From assembly GCF_963678635.1 (NCBI RefSeq), contig NC_087064.1:32617028-32681027 (forward strand): DNA of 64,000 nucleotides. The letters are read 5' to 3'. The translations under genes and the position numbers were made by a program. Of this stretch, positions 11,484-22,708 are shown piece after piece. Under the pieces are notes generated by a model. That model ran no database searches and had not been told where the DNA came from. It was given only the letters and a program-made list of their open reading frames with translations. Origin of the DNA: Symsagittifera roscoffensis. Lineage: Eukaryota. Numbering within the stretch: position 1 is the stretch's first letter; every line of letters begins with the position of its first letter.

Positions 11484-14311
11484 AATTGGTTTGATTGGAG
11501 CAAGGTACGGATACTTGCAGGGATGTTGACGGTATCGGTACCGACTTTAAGTTCATCCTTGACAAATGCGGTTAATTCGAATATGTATTCGAATCCATCG
11601 AAGTTAGAAGATACCTTCATCTGAACTTGTTTCGTTTTAACAACAGTCGTTGTGTTAATACCATTTACTGTGAGATCCAAATCTCTTCCTGAGAGATTCA
11701 GACATTTGACTAATTTAGCCGATATCCAGGAATGACTAGATGCTGAGTCACACAATGTTAAACAATCAGCACTCTGGAAATCGGTGGAAACTTGGAGCTT
11801 GATTATGGGCAGTAACCCTTTCGATGTTATGATTGATGATTGGTCGTTCGAGATTGCGCAACTTACATCCAACGGAACGGGATTAATGTCTGCATGATTC
11901 GAACTTGCGTTTGGTATATTCTTGCTGAATGATTTTCGATCAGCGTTTGTGCTCGCTTTATCCGGCTCTGCATTAGATCTTGGTTGACCAGCGTTGGGTC
12001 TTGTATGGCTATCATTTTTGTCCGGATTTCGACTAGGAAAAACACGTTCAGCCCCATGGAGAAGTACACTATGGGTGCTAGTGCAACCTGGTTTGGTGCA
12101 TTTCTTTGCTCTGGGACATTGCCGGAATGCGTGGTTCCCTTGTAAGCAGGAGAAGCACAATTTGTTTTCCGCAGAGAATTTTGCACGTTGTGTTGGAGTT
12201 TTCTCCTTAAACACAGAACACTTCCACAAGGCATGTTTCCCCTTGCAGAGGATACAAGAAGGATATTCAAACTTTTTCTCAACTGTACTTGTCGAGGCAA
12301 AAACTCTCGTTACAGCTTTAGTTTTGGATGGCTCTTCGACTTTGGGCTTTCCAGGCATATTTTTCATTTGCTCATGAGCTTCTGCTTTATCCTTTAACCA
12401 ATTGTTAAAGTCAATTAGGTTGGGGCGTGACCAATTACGTTTCACGACAAAAAGTGACCACGATTCTCTCATGTTTGGTGGAATTTTCGAAAGAGCTTGA
12501 TTTAACAAAGAGACGCTTTTCAAATCTTCTTCATAATCAAGAGACCTAAAGACAGCCACTAGACTTGAAATGGTCATCGAGAAGCTAATGATGTTCTCAG
12601 AGTTGTGCATTCGAAGCTGCGGGAAACTGGACAACTTATCAAGGTGGGCCGTAATTACGTTTTGTGGCTGGCCAAACTTTCTTTCTAGAGTTTTCAGAGC
12701 ATCTTTATACATTCTTCCATTGTATGCGAACTCTGCTATGGCTGACTTAGCTTTTCCCGTGACTAATGTTTTTAAATAAGTCAACTTCACATCATCGCTT
12801 AGGGACGCTGCGTCTACAGTACTGCAAAATTGGCCAAACCATTCGTGCCATTGGAGCGGGTTGCCATCGTACTGGGCCAGCTTCCATTCTGGAAGGGGAT
12901 CCTTCTTTGAGACTGACAGAGCTTGGACTAAGTCATTCAGTTTCACGGCTTGCGGTTGGGGAACTGGTTGCAACGACGGCAATGTGTTGCTAGGATCAGC
13001 TGCAAAAGGTTGCTGCTGATATATGTAAGTGTTTTCAGCCGATGCGTCGTGATTGGGAAACCCATAGTAAACGGTACCACCACTTGATACGTGGGGGAAT
13101 TGTTGCTGAGATATTGGCGTTACGGATGAAAAAACACCAACTGATGGGTTTGTGTTACCATCACTTGTTACCCCAGTGATGCATTGGGTGACTGCGGGTG
13201 TCCACTGTGACATTAGTGGCAAGTTGGGCTGACTAATAACGGCAGGCTGTCCGCTAAAAGGATTGTTCACTGACGCAGGGTTGCTATACACGTTATGTGA
13301 TAGCAAGTTTTGATTTCTGCAGATTAAATTTGCAGGTGGTTGTGACACAATGGCATGGGGGGTGTATCCAGAGTATTGATTGGAGATGGCGGGCATGTTT
13401 CCAACAACTCGGGAATCGTTATTGAAGTTGTTGACGGGGATATGTTGAATGGAAGACGAAGGATGAGGTACAGAGAAGTAACAGCATACCGGAGTATTGG
13501 TAGCTGCTGTTCCAGCTGGATTAAAAAATGATGATGTATTGTTTTCGCAAAGTGTAGCGTTATTGGAAATAAGCAACGACTGCGTTTCGTGCTCAGGATT
13601 AGTGGATACAGCGTGCTTGATTCCATCGCCATCGCTGAAGGAGACGGTTGGTTGATAGGGATAACATTGTTGATCACAATCAAAAGTCCGATTCGGCAAC
13701 GATCGCCGAGGTGAAGCTTCCGCTGTGGACACATTTCTGTGTTGATGCGAACCACTTTCTATATTTATACAGTTTTCAAACTTTGAAGAAGACGGAGCTA
13801 CCTTGGGTCCTTTTTGGTTTTCTAATGCATGATCAACCCAATCGTTTACCCTGTCAGAACGACGATCAACCGAAGACGCCAGCTTGAGATGCTGATCTAT
13901 TTCAGACTCTTCGAGGTATTCAGTTTCAACCATTTTTGCTTCAGCTACTTTAATACGATTTTCTTCGCTTAATCGTTCCATTTCAAGCCGACTTTTTTCG
14001 ATTCGTAAACGATGTTCTTGCTCTTTACGGTCAATTTCAAATTTAATTTCTTGTTGTTTTCGTTCCATCTCAATCAGATGCTGTTGCTCTTCGATGATGG
14101 CTTCCTGTTGTTTCAGTCTTAAGGTTGCTTCGTGTTGTTTTTCCAACTCTTCTCGCTTCATCTTTGCTAGGAGCAGCTCTTTGCGGCGCTCACTGGGGGT
14201 CAATGATTTCATTGAGCTTTGCTTACTCGACCCGGATTTTGCCGATTTTGATGAAACTTTTGATCGACTAGTTTCACTGACGCAGACCTCTGAAGCTTGA
14301 TTAGATTCCAT
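11462..14311 (-). CDS. BEL/Pao gag-protease polyprotein
   Basis: 949-aa ORF with a coiled-coil N-terminus and a Q/N/S-rich middle. Zinc knuckles CILCKGKHALWKC and CFSCLQGNHAFRQC. C-terminal aspartic-protease-like LTLCDSASSHSWIS, which is DSAS rather than the canonical DSGS. Overlaps the pol ORF by 22 nt in the -1 frame. Confidence 0.8.
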   Translation of the reverse strand: MESNQASEVCVSETSRSKVSSKSAKSGSSKQSSMKSLTPSERRKELLLAKMKREELEKQHEATLRLKQQEAIIEEQQHLIEMERKQQEIKFEIDRKEQEHRLRIEKSRLEMERLSEENRIKVAEAKMVETEYLEESEIDQHLKLASSVDRRSDRVNDWVDHALENQKGPKVAPSSSKFENCINIESGSHQHRNVSTAEASPRRSLPNRTFDCDQQCYPYQPTVSFSDGDGIKHAVSTNPEHETQSLLISNNATLCENNTSSFFNPAGTAATNTPVCCYFSVPHPSSSIQHIPVNNFNNDSRVVGNMPAISNQYSGYTPHAIVSQPPANLICRNQNLLSHNVYSNPASVNNPFSGQPAVISQPNLPLMSQWTPAVTQCITGVTSDGNTNPSVGVFSSVTPISQQQFPHVSSGGTVYYGFPNHDASAENTYIYQQQPFAADPSNTLPSLQPVPQPQAVKLNDLVQALSVSKKDPLPEWKLAQYDGNPLQWHEWFGQFCSTVDAASLSDDVKLTYLKTLVTGKAKSAIAEFAYNGRMYKDALKTLERKFGQPQNVITAHLDKLSSFPQLRMHNSENIISFSMTISSLVAVFRSLDYEEDLKSVSLLNQALSKIPPNMRESWSLFVVKRNWSRPNLIDFNNWLKDKAEAHEQMKNMPGKPKVEEPSKTKAVTRVFASTSTVEKKFEYPSCILCKGKHALWKCSVFKEKTPTQRAKFSAENKLCFSCLQGNHAFRQCPRAKKCTKPGCTSTHSVLLHGAERVFPSRNPDKNDSHTRPNAGQPRSNAEPDKASTNADRKSFSKNIPNASSNHADINPVPLDVSCAISNDQSSIITSKGLLPIIKLQVSTDFQSADCLTLCDSASSHSWISAKLVKCLNLSGRDLDLTVNGINTTTVVKTKQVQMKVSSNFDGFEYIFELTAFVKDELKVGTDTVNIPASIRTLLQSNQLCIATPM

Positions 14312-14771
14312 ATGAGCGCGAGCCTTACCAGTTACTTCATCGTTAACTTTAACTATCCTATCCCATCATGCAGCCAACTCCGTTAATAATTTGCTATGGT
14401 TATCGGTTTTATTAGCTAATATCACAAGTTCATCATTTTTAGCTAATGCTTTTTCGAGAATACTCTTGCAAGATTCAATTAAGGCGTTTATTTTTGTTTT
14501 CCGAATTGGTCCCTCTAAACAGTTATGCGACTGTGAACTGCGGAAAGCTCATTTTCTAGTGATGTTCGACCATTCATCAATCGTCGATATTTTAACTCAA
14601 TTTGTTCTGTCATTTTGATTACTTTTAAACTTGTTCACTTCTACTCAACCGCTCAACTGCTCAGTTTGAGAGAAAAAAAAGGGGAATAATTAATTTAAGA
14701 CCTTATATTTAGTATTAATAAATTATATTCTGACTCATTAAACAATATCACACCTTAGAGAAGCAATTTAT

Positions 14772-15371
14772 TTAACTCCTAGTGCTGCTCAGCATTTCTT
14801 CTGTTTCGATTAGCTTGCGTTTTCCTGGCTTAGGAGTATTTTTCTTTGCAATAATATACTTCAAATTCTTGCTATAACGCCTAAGGATCGTAAACGTTTT
14901 CAGTTCTAGAGAGGGATCCTGGTGTAGTTCTAAGTACTTTTGCCCTAACTCAGTGAGGTTCTGCTTCCTTCTAGATATCAGGTCTGTTACTATATTAATA
15001 ACTAATATACCTGACTCTTTCAACTTACTATATATATCTTCCGTGCCTACACGTTTAAAGTAAACGATTGCATAAATATTGCGTTTATAGTTTAAAAGAA
15101 TCTTCTTAAGCTGGTTAGGAGTTAGTGCGTTAAAGTTATTACTACGGTGTCGACTAATAGAGTTATTAACAGCGTCGTGCCAAATAACAATGTCGGTTCG
15201 GTTTAAGAGATAGTGATCAAGTTGATACTGACAAGTTTTACGGACGTTCACTGCGTTATGGTTGAAACTTAACCCGGGAATGGCTAAGCACGATGGAGAT
15301 ACACGCTTTTGCGAAGCGGGGGACAGTTTTTTCAAAGCGTGGTGCAGCGAGCTAGCAGCTAGTATGAACAT
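14772..15371 (-). CDS. Extra 199-aa ORF of unknown function in the BEL leader, between the 5' LTR/tandem array and gag
   Basis: MFILAASSLHHALKKLSPASQKRVSPSCLAIPGLSFNHNAVNVRK...; same strand as gag-pol. No motif I recognise. Not expected in canonical BEL/Pao elements. Confidence 0.3.
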   Translation of the reverse strand: MFILAASSLHHALKKLSPASQKRVSPSCLAIPGLSFNHNAVNVRKTCQYQLDHYLLNRTDIVIWHDAVNNSISRHRSNNFNALTPNQLKKILLNYKRNIYAIVYFKRVGTEDIYSKLKESGILVINIVTDLISRRKQNLTELGQKYLELHQDPSLELKTFTILRRYSKNLKYIIAKKNTPKPGKRKLIETEEMLSSTRS

Positions 15372-15539
15372 TTAGTGATTTAAATCAACTTAAGAGGGAG
15401 GGAATCAAGCAAACCGCGACCTGACCTCCCGCAACACCCTGAGCTAACAAGGTTGTAGCAAAAGGTAAGACGATTTGCTTAATAATACGCTACGGGTCTC
15501 GACTACGGCTACTTTTATCCAATTGAACTAGTTTAGATA

Positions 15540-15900
15540 GCTGCACCACGTTTCAAGAATAAAGACGGCGTTTTTCAGAATTTTTTTTTTTTCGAAAATT
15601 TCGGATTTTTTCCGAAAATTTTCCAAAAATTTTTTTTTTCGATTTTTTTTACGAAAATTTTTTCCACGTTTTCACCCAACGGTTCAAGTTCCAACAATAA
15701 CCTGATGCGTTTGCGAAATTTTGAATTTTTTTTTTTAAGTCCAAAACTTGGGGCAAAAAACTCGACTCGGTCGTTTAAATTAAATTATTATGAAACTAGG
15801 CGCTTTGCTGAATAATTTGCAAAACTTTAAAATTTTGGAAAAAAAAAATCAAAAATTTTCAATTTTTATTTTCAAAATTTTTGATCTTTTTTTCGATACG
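15540..15900. repeat. AT-rich low-complexity tract within the BEL leader
   Basis: Degenerate repeats of TTTTCCGAAAATTTTCC / TTTTTCGAAAATTT. Confidence 0.6.
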
Positions 15901-16194
15901 GTGTTGAGCTTACAAACAAGGTGTTAGGATAACGTAATTAAGGTTTATGAGGCCGGTTTTTTCCTAAACCCACAGAAAATTTTCTGATCGGGTTTTGGTA
16001 TCGAGAAAAATTGGGGGTTACTATTTTGCCATCAAAAAACCTCGTATTAGAATTTAAAGCATCAAATCAGCAAGTTAGCACAAATGGATAAAGTTTTGGT
16101 TTTTTAGTCTTACAAGTTTTGTAGAGGCGTTCACCGGTAGAATCCAAATTCCACAGAAAACGTCCACAATCCACAATCAGGATACCTGAAAAGG

Positions 16195-17135
16195 CCTCCC
16201 CTTCTCCTAACTGGGACGTTTCGGACAATCGGGTCTTTTCGGACAATCGGGTCGTTTCGTCCAATTGGGTCGTTTCGGCCAATTGGTCACCTTCTGACAA
16301 TTTTTGGCTAATTGGACACTTCTGGCCAATTCGGCATCTTCGGGCCACTTTCGGCTTTTGCACAATTTCAGCCAATTGGGTCAAGTTTGGACAAATGTCG
16401 ACTAATTGGACAATTTTGGCCAATTCGGATACTTCAGGGCAACTTTCGGCTAATTGCACAATTTCGGCCAATTGGGTCGTGTTTGGACAAATATCGGATA
16501 ATTGGACACTTTCGGCCAATTGGGATACTTTAGGGCAACTTTCAGCTAATTGCACAATTTCGGCCAATTGCGTCGTGTTTGGACAAATTTCGGCTAATTG
16601 CACAATTCCGGCCAATTGGGTCGTGTTTGGACAAATGTCGGCTAATTGCACAATTTCGGCCAATTGGGTCGTGTTTGGACAAATTTCGGCTAATTGCACA
16701 ATTTCGGCCAATTGGGTCGTGTTTGGACAATTTTCGGCTAATTGCACAATTTCGGCCAATTGGGTCGTGTTTGGACAAATTTCGGCTAATTGCACAATTT
16801 CGGCCAATTGGGTCGTGTTTGGACAATTTTCGGCTAATTGCACAATTTCGGGCAATTGGGTCGTGTTTCGACAAATATCGGCTAATTGGACACTTTCGGC
16901 CAATTGGGTCGTCTCTGGTAAAATTTCGGCTAATTGGTCACTTTCGGCCAATTGGGTTGTGTTTGGGCAAATTTCGGCTAATTAGTCATTTTCGGCCAAT
17001 TGGCTTGTGTTTGGGCAAATTTCGGCTAATTAGTCACTTTCGGCCAATTGGGTTGTTTGGGCAATTTTCGATTTATTGCACACTTTCGGCCAATTGGGTC
17101 GTACTGTCCGGAATATCGTCCTGAAAATCCTCTGG
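16195..17135. repeat. Tandem array of a 48-bp unit (24-bp sub-repeat), about 19 copies, inside the BEL leader
   Basis: Unit CGGCCAATTGGGTCGTGTTTGGACAAATTTCGGCTAATTGCACAATTT repeats with 48-nt phase. Because the period is divisible by 3, long open frames appear on both strands (for example 16067-16951 minus, 294 aa, QLAEIVQLAENCPNTT repeats). Confidence 0.85.
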
Positions 17136-17153
17136 AATATCGTCCGGAATATC

Positions 17154-17173
17154 GAGTCCGGGTCAGCGGACCA
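17154..17173 (-). promoter_or_regulatory. Putative primer-binding site of the BEL element
   Basis: In element orientation the 5' LTR ends ...CCACA and is followed by TTT then TGGTCCGCTGACCCGGACTC. This TGG-initiated stretch could pair with a tRNA 3' CCA end. No match to a specific tRNA was checked. Confidence 0.3.
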
Positions 17174-17176
17174 AAA

Positions 17177-17474
17177 TGTGGCGCACTCTCGTATCCTGTA
17201 AGATCTAAAAAACCTGGTTCAACATCTGTAAATTATCGGCAATTTAAACAGATAATATGACAATATAAAGATAATATAAAATAAGGCAAACATCTTCCGG
17301 TTAACATGTTATCAAACGGTTTTTTCCACAATCTCAAAAATCTATAAACATTTTGATGGCAAACTGACCTTAATCGGACAAACCAGTAGTTTTTAAGGCC
17401 TTTTGTCTAAGCAAATCTAATTTTAGCTTTTTCACTTTCGCGCCATAATGACGTCATTAATTTAAGCGCGAACA
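17177..17474 (-). repeat. 5' LTR in element orientation, 298 bp
   Basis: Same sequence as 7628-7924, followed by the ACAGG target-site duplication at 17475-17479. Confidence 0.85.
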
Positions 17475-19121
17475 ACAGGAAAAAACCAAGTAGCACAGAA
17501 TGTTCTGACCATAGTTTTAACAAACACAACAAAACTTTTTTTTCAAATTAGTATTGTTTTATTTTCGGTGTGTGTGACAAAAAAAGCTAATGGAAAAACT
17601 ATAATCGGGTATATTCGACAATCAAAGTAAATTAAGCGTATTGAAAATCAAAGTTTTCAACGAAAAAAGATTAAAAAAACGAAATAAAAAATTTAAAAAA
17701 ACTTCAAAAAGTTTTGTTTTCAGTTTTTTCAATTTTTGATGTTTTTGATTCCGAAAAAGGCGGTAAAATCATCAAAAAACTAACGTTACTCAAGCTACAC
17801 TAAGTTTCTATACTCTAAGTTAAAATTTTTAAAAAATTTTAAGCCATTTAAATAAGCAGTTGTAAGCCCGCTCACTCGCTTCAATCGCTCAAATTAAGAA
17901 GAAAAACCAAAAGTTTGAAGTCGGTTTCTCTCGACACTGGGAAAAAATTTTTGAATTTATTTAATGTCGTTCGAAATACGGCTGTAATGGCTTTATTATA
18001 AAATATCACTCAACTTTCTCCGATGATTGTTTGTGGTAGCTGACTTTGTGAGGAAAAAGGAAAAAAAAGGAAAAAACTAAAACACCCGAATACAAAGTTC
18101 CTTACCATTTCCCATTTTTCAAATGGTCGGAACAACAATTTGCTTCTCTATAATGAGGAAAATTTTGATTAGAAGAATGAAATGTATTACAGGTAATTTT
18201 TCTCAGGTGTTATTTGCTTTTAGGTGAGTATTTATTTCTCCTACTCATAGGATCTCCTGTTATCTACTCGGTACCGTTAATTCATGGTAAAAGAAATTGT
18301 ATTTCATGTTTTCAAAGCTTTGAAATGTTTTTACTGAAATCTTTACGGCAAGCTCATGAGTCGGAAAGCAAACATCTTTGTAGTTTCATGAAAATATTTG
18401 GTAGTCAAAAAAGAAAGTTTAAGATTGCTAATAATTCAAAAAATACGAGCAAGAAATACGCGCATCTCCAGTCGACACTTGCAATAATTGCCATGGCCAG
18501 TTTCAACTGCTATCTGAAAGTTACACTAAGGTCCGACTTGGTCTTTGTAGCCCGATCAAACGAATCGGTTGTCGTTATAGAAAAATTTGGTCAGCGCTTT
18601 TTATTGCAATACACTGGCCAGCTTCAGCTAATCGGAATTCAAAAACAATGTCAATTTTGTGATTTCTAAAACAATTTTGAGTTTTGAGATCTACCTAATT
18701 GTCTGGCTTTTCTGTAATAATTTGTTTTTGACTAATTTTTCTACGCTTTTTGAGATTCTAGTTGTACATCGTAGATAAACCTTTTACACTAAATTGGACA
18801 CAAGTTACACATCATTTAATCCATGTTAATTTGAAAGAGCACGGAAGAACAGATGGTGTTTGAAAATTATCCAACACCAGCTAATTTCTTTCTACTCAAG
18901 AAAAAGGATTGTGAAGTTCTTATTTAACGCACTCAACTCAACTTCTAACACACTCAACACACTGCCCCAAGGATAGATGTCTAAGGCAGTTTGAAATTCT
19001 TGAGACAAAAAAAATTTTTGGGTGTCAGTATTGCAGTGATTCATATTGCAGTGATTCGCGTGAACTTTCATCTAAATGTGTAACTAATAACGAAAGAGAT
19101 AACTTCATAAACTGTAGGACC

Positions 19122-19796
19122 ATGATGCAAATGAACGAGAAAATTGAAAAAGAGAGCGAGGGAATACAAGCACGTCTTGAAAATATGGAAAAAAGGCTGA
19201 CCGCATTGGTTGATGAAAAAGTCAAAAACGCTACAAAAACCACATGCGAAAAACTGGCAAAAAGCTATGCAGATGTACTCAGTGTGAAACCTGTTAAAGA
19301 TATGAAAGCTCAACCAGGAGCTGGAAAAGAAGTAAAACAAGAAATACATCAAAAAATCAATCAAAGCTTCCGTATACAGGGGATCAGAGAAGATCCCGAG
19401 AAATCAAAAGGCGAAAATTTTGTCCCCACAACCGCAAAAGTACATGAAGTACTAAACAAGTTAGGAGTTAAACCACAAATTGAAGAAATAAAAAGGCTAG
19501 GGAAATTCAGCAAAGAGCGCATCAAGTCAAGAACTTTATTAATAACTCTGTCAACGGAACATGAAGCACGATTGGTGCTGGCAAAGAGCTTCGAAAAAAG
19601 AGATGAGCTGCGAGATGAGGAAATTTACCTTCTGCCAGCATTATCGAAAGAAGATGCGAGGAAGGAAAACCTATGCTTTAAAAGACGAAGAGAACTTCTA
19701 GACGAAGGAGTTCCAAAGGAGAAAATCAAAATCAGGAAATTCGAGCTGTTCAATGATGGTAAAAAAAGAGATGATAGAAGCAGAACAAGCAGATGA
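19122..19796 (+). CDS. LINE ORF1 protein, 224 aa
   Basis: N-terminal heptad-rich MMQMNEKIEKESEGIQARLENMEKRLTALVDEK, then SFRIQGIRE...NFVPTTAKVHEVLNKLGV...RTLLITLSTEHEARLVLAKSF, resembling the L1 ORF1p RRM/CTD core. Confidence 0.65.
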   Translation: MMQMNEKIEKESEGIQARLENMEKRLTALVDEKVKNATKTTCEKLAKSYADVLSVKPVKDMKAQPGAGKEVKQEIHQKINQSFRIQGIREDPEKSKGENFVPTTAKVHEVLNKLGVKPQIEEIKRLGKFSKERIKSRTLLITLSTEHEARLVLAKSFEKRDELRDEEIYLLPALSKEDARKENLCFKRRRELLDEGVPKEKIKIRKFELFNDGKKRDDRSRTSR

Positions 19797-19827
19797 TGCT
19801 TGACTAGGCTTTCTCAACATCCTGCAA

Positions 19828-20658
19828 ATGAATGTAAGAAGTCTCATAAATCTCGAACGACGAATGAAGTTTGCAAATGCTATAGCAACATCAAACTATG
19901 ACATAATATGTCTCTGCGAGACTTGGTTAAATGAAAACATTGCAGCATCTGAAATAATGCTAAATGAATACAGTATTTATAGATCAGAACGACAAACAGC
20001 CAAAGATCAAAATTTGCACGGTGGAGTACTAATGGCAGTGAAACAAACATTTTCATCTAAATTGTTGCCAAATAAGCAACCTGAATGTTGTTTAACTTGC
20101 CGCATCCAAATAAACGATAAACGAATTATTGTCTGCTGTTTTTACAATCCACCTTCGAGCAGCAAATATTGCTATTGTCTAGGCGATTTCGCACAAATTT
20201 TAAATGAAATCGAGAAATCAAATCAATCAACTGCAACACTTATTTGCGGAGATGTAAATTTTCCAAATGCAAACTGGATTGACTATAGTAGCACGGAAAA
20301 TGAAGAAAACTCAATAATTGAACTAATCGAGCAACATCAGTTCGAGCAGGCAATAAATTTTCCAACTTGTGGCAAAAACATCCTAGACATTACATTATTC
20401 AAAAATTGTCACATTCATGCGACTCCTGACAAAAAATTTTCAAAAATTTACAATTGCTCCGACCACAAAGCAATCAGCATTCTAATTGAATGTCCTCACC
20501 ATGAGGTAAAGGTCGCTATTGAAAACTTTCGAAGCTTCGGTAGCGTGGACTATAACGAAATCAAGAAATCAATACTAAGTGAGCCTTTCTCACCAGTATG
20601 TCACACAAACATCAATAGAATGTGCGAGGAATTTACGACTATTTGGAAAATTTGTTAA
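19828..20658 (+). pseudogene. LINE ORF2 N-terminal part: apurinic/apyrimidinic-type endonuclease
   Basis: MNVRSLINLERRMKF...YDIICLCETWLNENI...GGVLMAV...ICGDVNFPNANW...CSDHKAI, matching the EEP/APE endonuclease signature. Frame is broken at ~20622-20658 before the RT. Confidence 0.75.
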
Positions 20659-22643
20659 ACCAACATGTGGCTAGAAGAACGAGACGTCGCCAATCACTTC
20701 CGCCATTGGTTACGCCAAGTACCTCAAACATCATGAACAAACTGCGAACACAAACTAGAATATACAAATTGAAACCTACAAGCTACCGCAGAAATCTCAT
20801 TCTATCTCTACATAAAATGATGGAAGAAGCAGTAGAGGAAGATAGAGTAAATTATCAGGAAAATTTGATGTCCACTCGTAACACCCATTTAATTTTCAAA
20901 CACTTTAAGAGTCTGAAAAAATCAGAAACTCTCCCAAAGACTATGATCAAGGACGAAATAGCTGTTTCCAAAGCCAAAGAAAAAGTGAACTTTTTGAATG
21001 AATATTTTCACTCTGTATTTTCGCCCAAATCAAGCTTCAACCTCAGTGACATGAAATGCGAAAACACGATATTGAGTAACTTCAGTATCTCAAAAACATA
21101 TTTAAACCAAATTATAACAGAGCTGGACATAACAAAATCGCGGGGCCCAGATGGACTCCCACCAATTTTCTTCCAGCGAACGGCCAGAGAAATGACCACA
21201 GTTTTGCATTGGGTTTTTAAAAACATCAAGAGGTTAAGGAAAATACCAGATAAATGGAAAGTTGCGGCTTTGTCACCTATTTGCAAGAAAGGTGACAAAC
21301 GACTAATGAAAAACTACCGGCCGGTGTCACTCCTCAATATCATGAGTAAACTCCTGGAAAAATGCATGCATCCAGCGTTGTATGACCATTTCATCAAATT
21401 TCTCACAAGAAGTCGGCACGGTTTTGTTAAAAACCGTTCAAGTGTTACAAACATGTTATCTTTCTTGAAAGAAATCTACGAAGCAATTGACAAGAACGCT
21501 GAAAACCATGTGATCGCATTATCTACCGACTTCTCTAAGGCATTCGACAAAGTCCCGCATTACGAACTACTAAAGAAAATGAGCAACCTTGGAGTTGGAG
21601 GCTGTTTCCTTGAAATAATCGCCGACTATCTCAGCAACAGGAAACAATTTGTTCGTGCTGACAATTTCTCATCAGAAACTTTAGAAATTACAAGTGGCGC
21701 ACCACAAGGATCGTTGATTGGTCCATTATTCTTCTGTATCTTCATAAATGATCTTCCTGAAGTATTGAAATTTAGTGACCCATTTATCTTTGCAGACGAC
21801 CTAAAATTACTAGCAGTGAATGAAGACACAAAGGACATCCAGCAGGACCTAAAAAGCGTTGAAAACTGGGTAGATAAAAACAAGATGAGTCTGGCACTGG
21901 ACAAATGTTTTAAAGTCGAATTTATAGGAAATCAACACGAATTTATTCTTTGTGAAACAGCAGTGGAAAGCTCGAATGTGATAAAGGATCTAGGAATACA
22001 TGTGTCCAAACATTTAACACGGACAACCCATATTGACTCAAGAATGTCGAAAGCGAATAAAACGTTCTATTGCATCCGCAGAAACTTAGAATTCAAAGTC
22101 AAAATGCGCATAAAACTTGGTCTGTACAAATCGTTAATACTTCCTGTTCTAACGTATGGTATAATTATTTGCAATATCTCAAGAAGCGACTTAGGGAGAT
22201 TAGAAAGGTTCCAAAAGAAAGTCTTAAAATGGATCACGGGAAACGATTCTGACTATACAGAGCAGCTGAGATTGTTAAACATCCTGCCTCTGGCGTTGTT
22301 TCTCCAGCTGAACGAGTTACTGATGATGGCAAAATTCATGCATGAAGAAAGCGATCACATTAAGCTCCCGGCAAAAATTGAAAATCCAGGAAGAACGAAA
22401 GAAATTTTCAACCTAAACAAGACCAGAACTGAAAAAACTGGAGGAGAGTTTACATTCAGGACCTGCCGTCTAATAAACCGACTAAATCAGAAAATTGAAT
22501 TTCGAGAAATGCGAGGCTTAAAGCGAAGATTGATACAGATGATGTGGAAATTTTTCGACGATCAATTCTCAGAACAAAACAAGTGCACATGGGTCCTCTT
22601 CTGTGACTGCAACATGTGCCGAAATAACTGGACAAAATTTTGA
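20622..22643 (+). pseudogene. LINE ORF2 reverse transcriptase and C-terminal Cys-rich region
   Basis: ALSTDFSKAFDKVPH (RT box 2-3), GAPQGSLIGPLFFCIFINDL, FADDLKLL (YxDD box), C-terminal CTWVLFCDCNMC. Confidence 0.8.
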
Positions 22644-22686
22644 GAACTTTGAGGATATCATCCCATCAGTATCCTACTGAAAATTC

Positions 22687-22708
22687 ACAACAACAACAAC
22701 AACAACAA
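22687..22708 (+). repeat. (CAA)n microsatellite forming the LINE 3' tail
   Basis: CAACAACAACAACAACAACAA lies directly downstream of the ORF2 stop. Confidence 0.9.

Larger units (their letters stand above)
7628..17474 (-). mobile_element. BEL/Pao-family LTR retrotransposon, ~9.85 kb, near full length, flanked by a 5-bp target-site duplication
   Basis: Two 297/298-bp direct repeats (7628-7924 and 17177-17474) are ~98% identical and have TG...CA termini. Internal minus-strand ORFs carry a gag with Cys-His knuckles, a D-S/T-G-type protease, and a pol with the LIGQD...LPIGWVLSGP protease tail, FYMDD RT box, RNase H and a DDE integrase core, all typical of BEL/Pao. Confidence 0.85.

Noticed and set aside
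16395-17124. 196-aa and 181-aa plus-strand ORFs, and the 110-aa minus ORF, in the 48-bp tandem array
   Set aside because: Open frames are the expected by-product of a tandem repeat whose period is a multiple of 3. Several mutually exclusive frames are open at once.
18214-18669. 151-aa ORF upstream of the LINE
   Set aside because: No recognisable motif and AT-rich codon usage like the surrounding non-coding DNA. It uses a non-ATG start in the ORF track. Possibly LINE 5' UTR or flanking junk.
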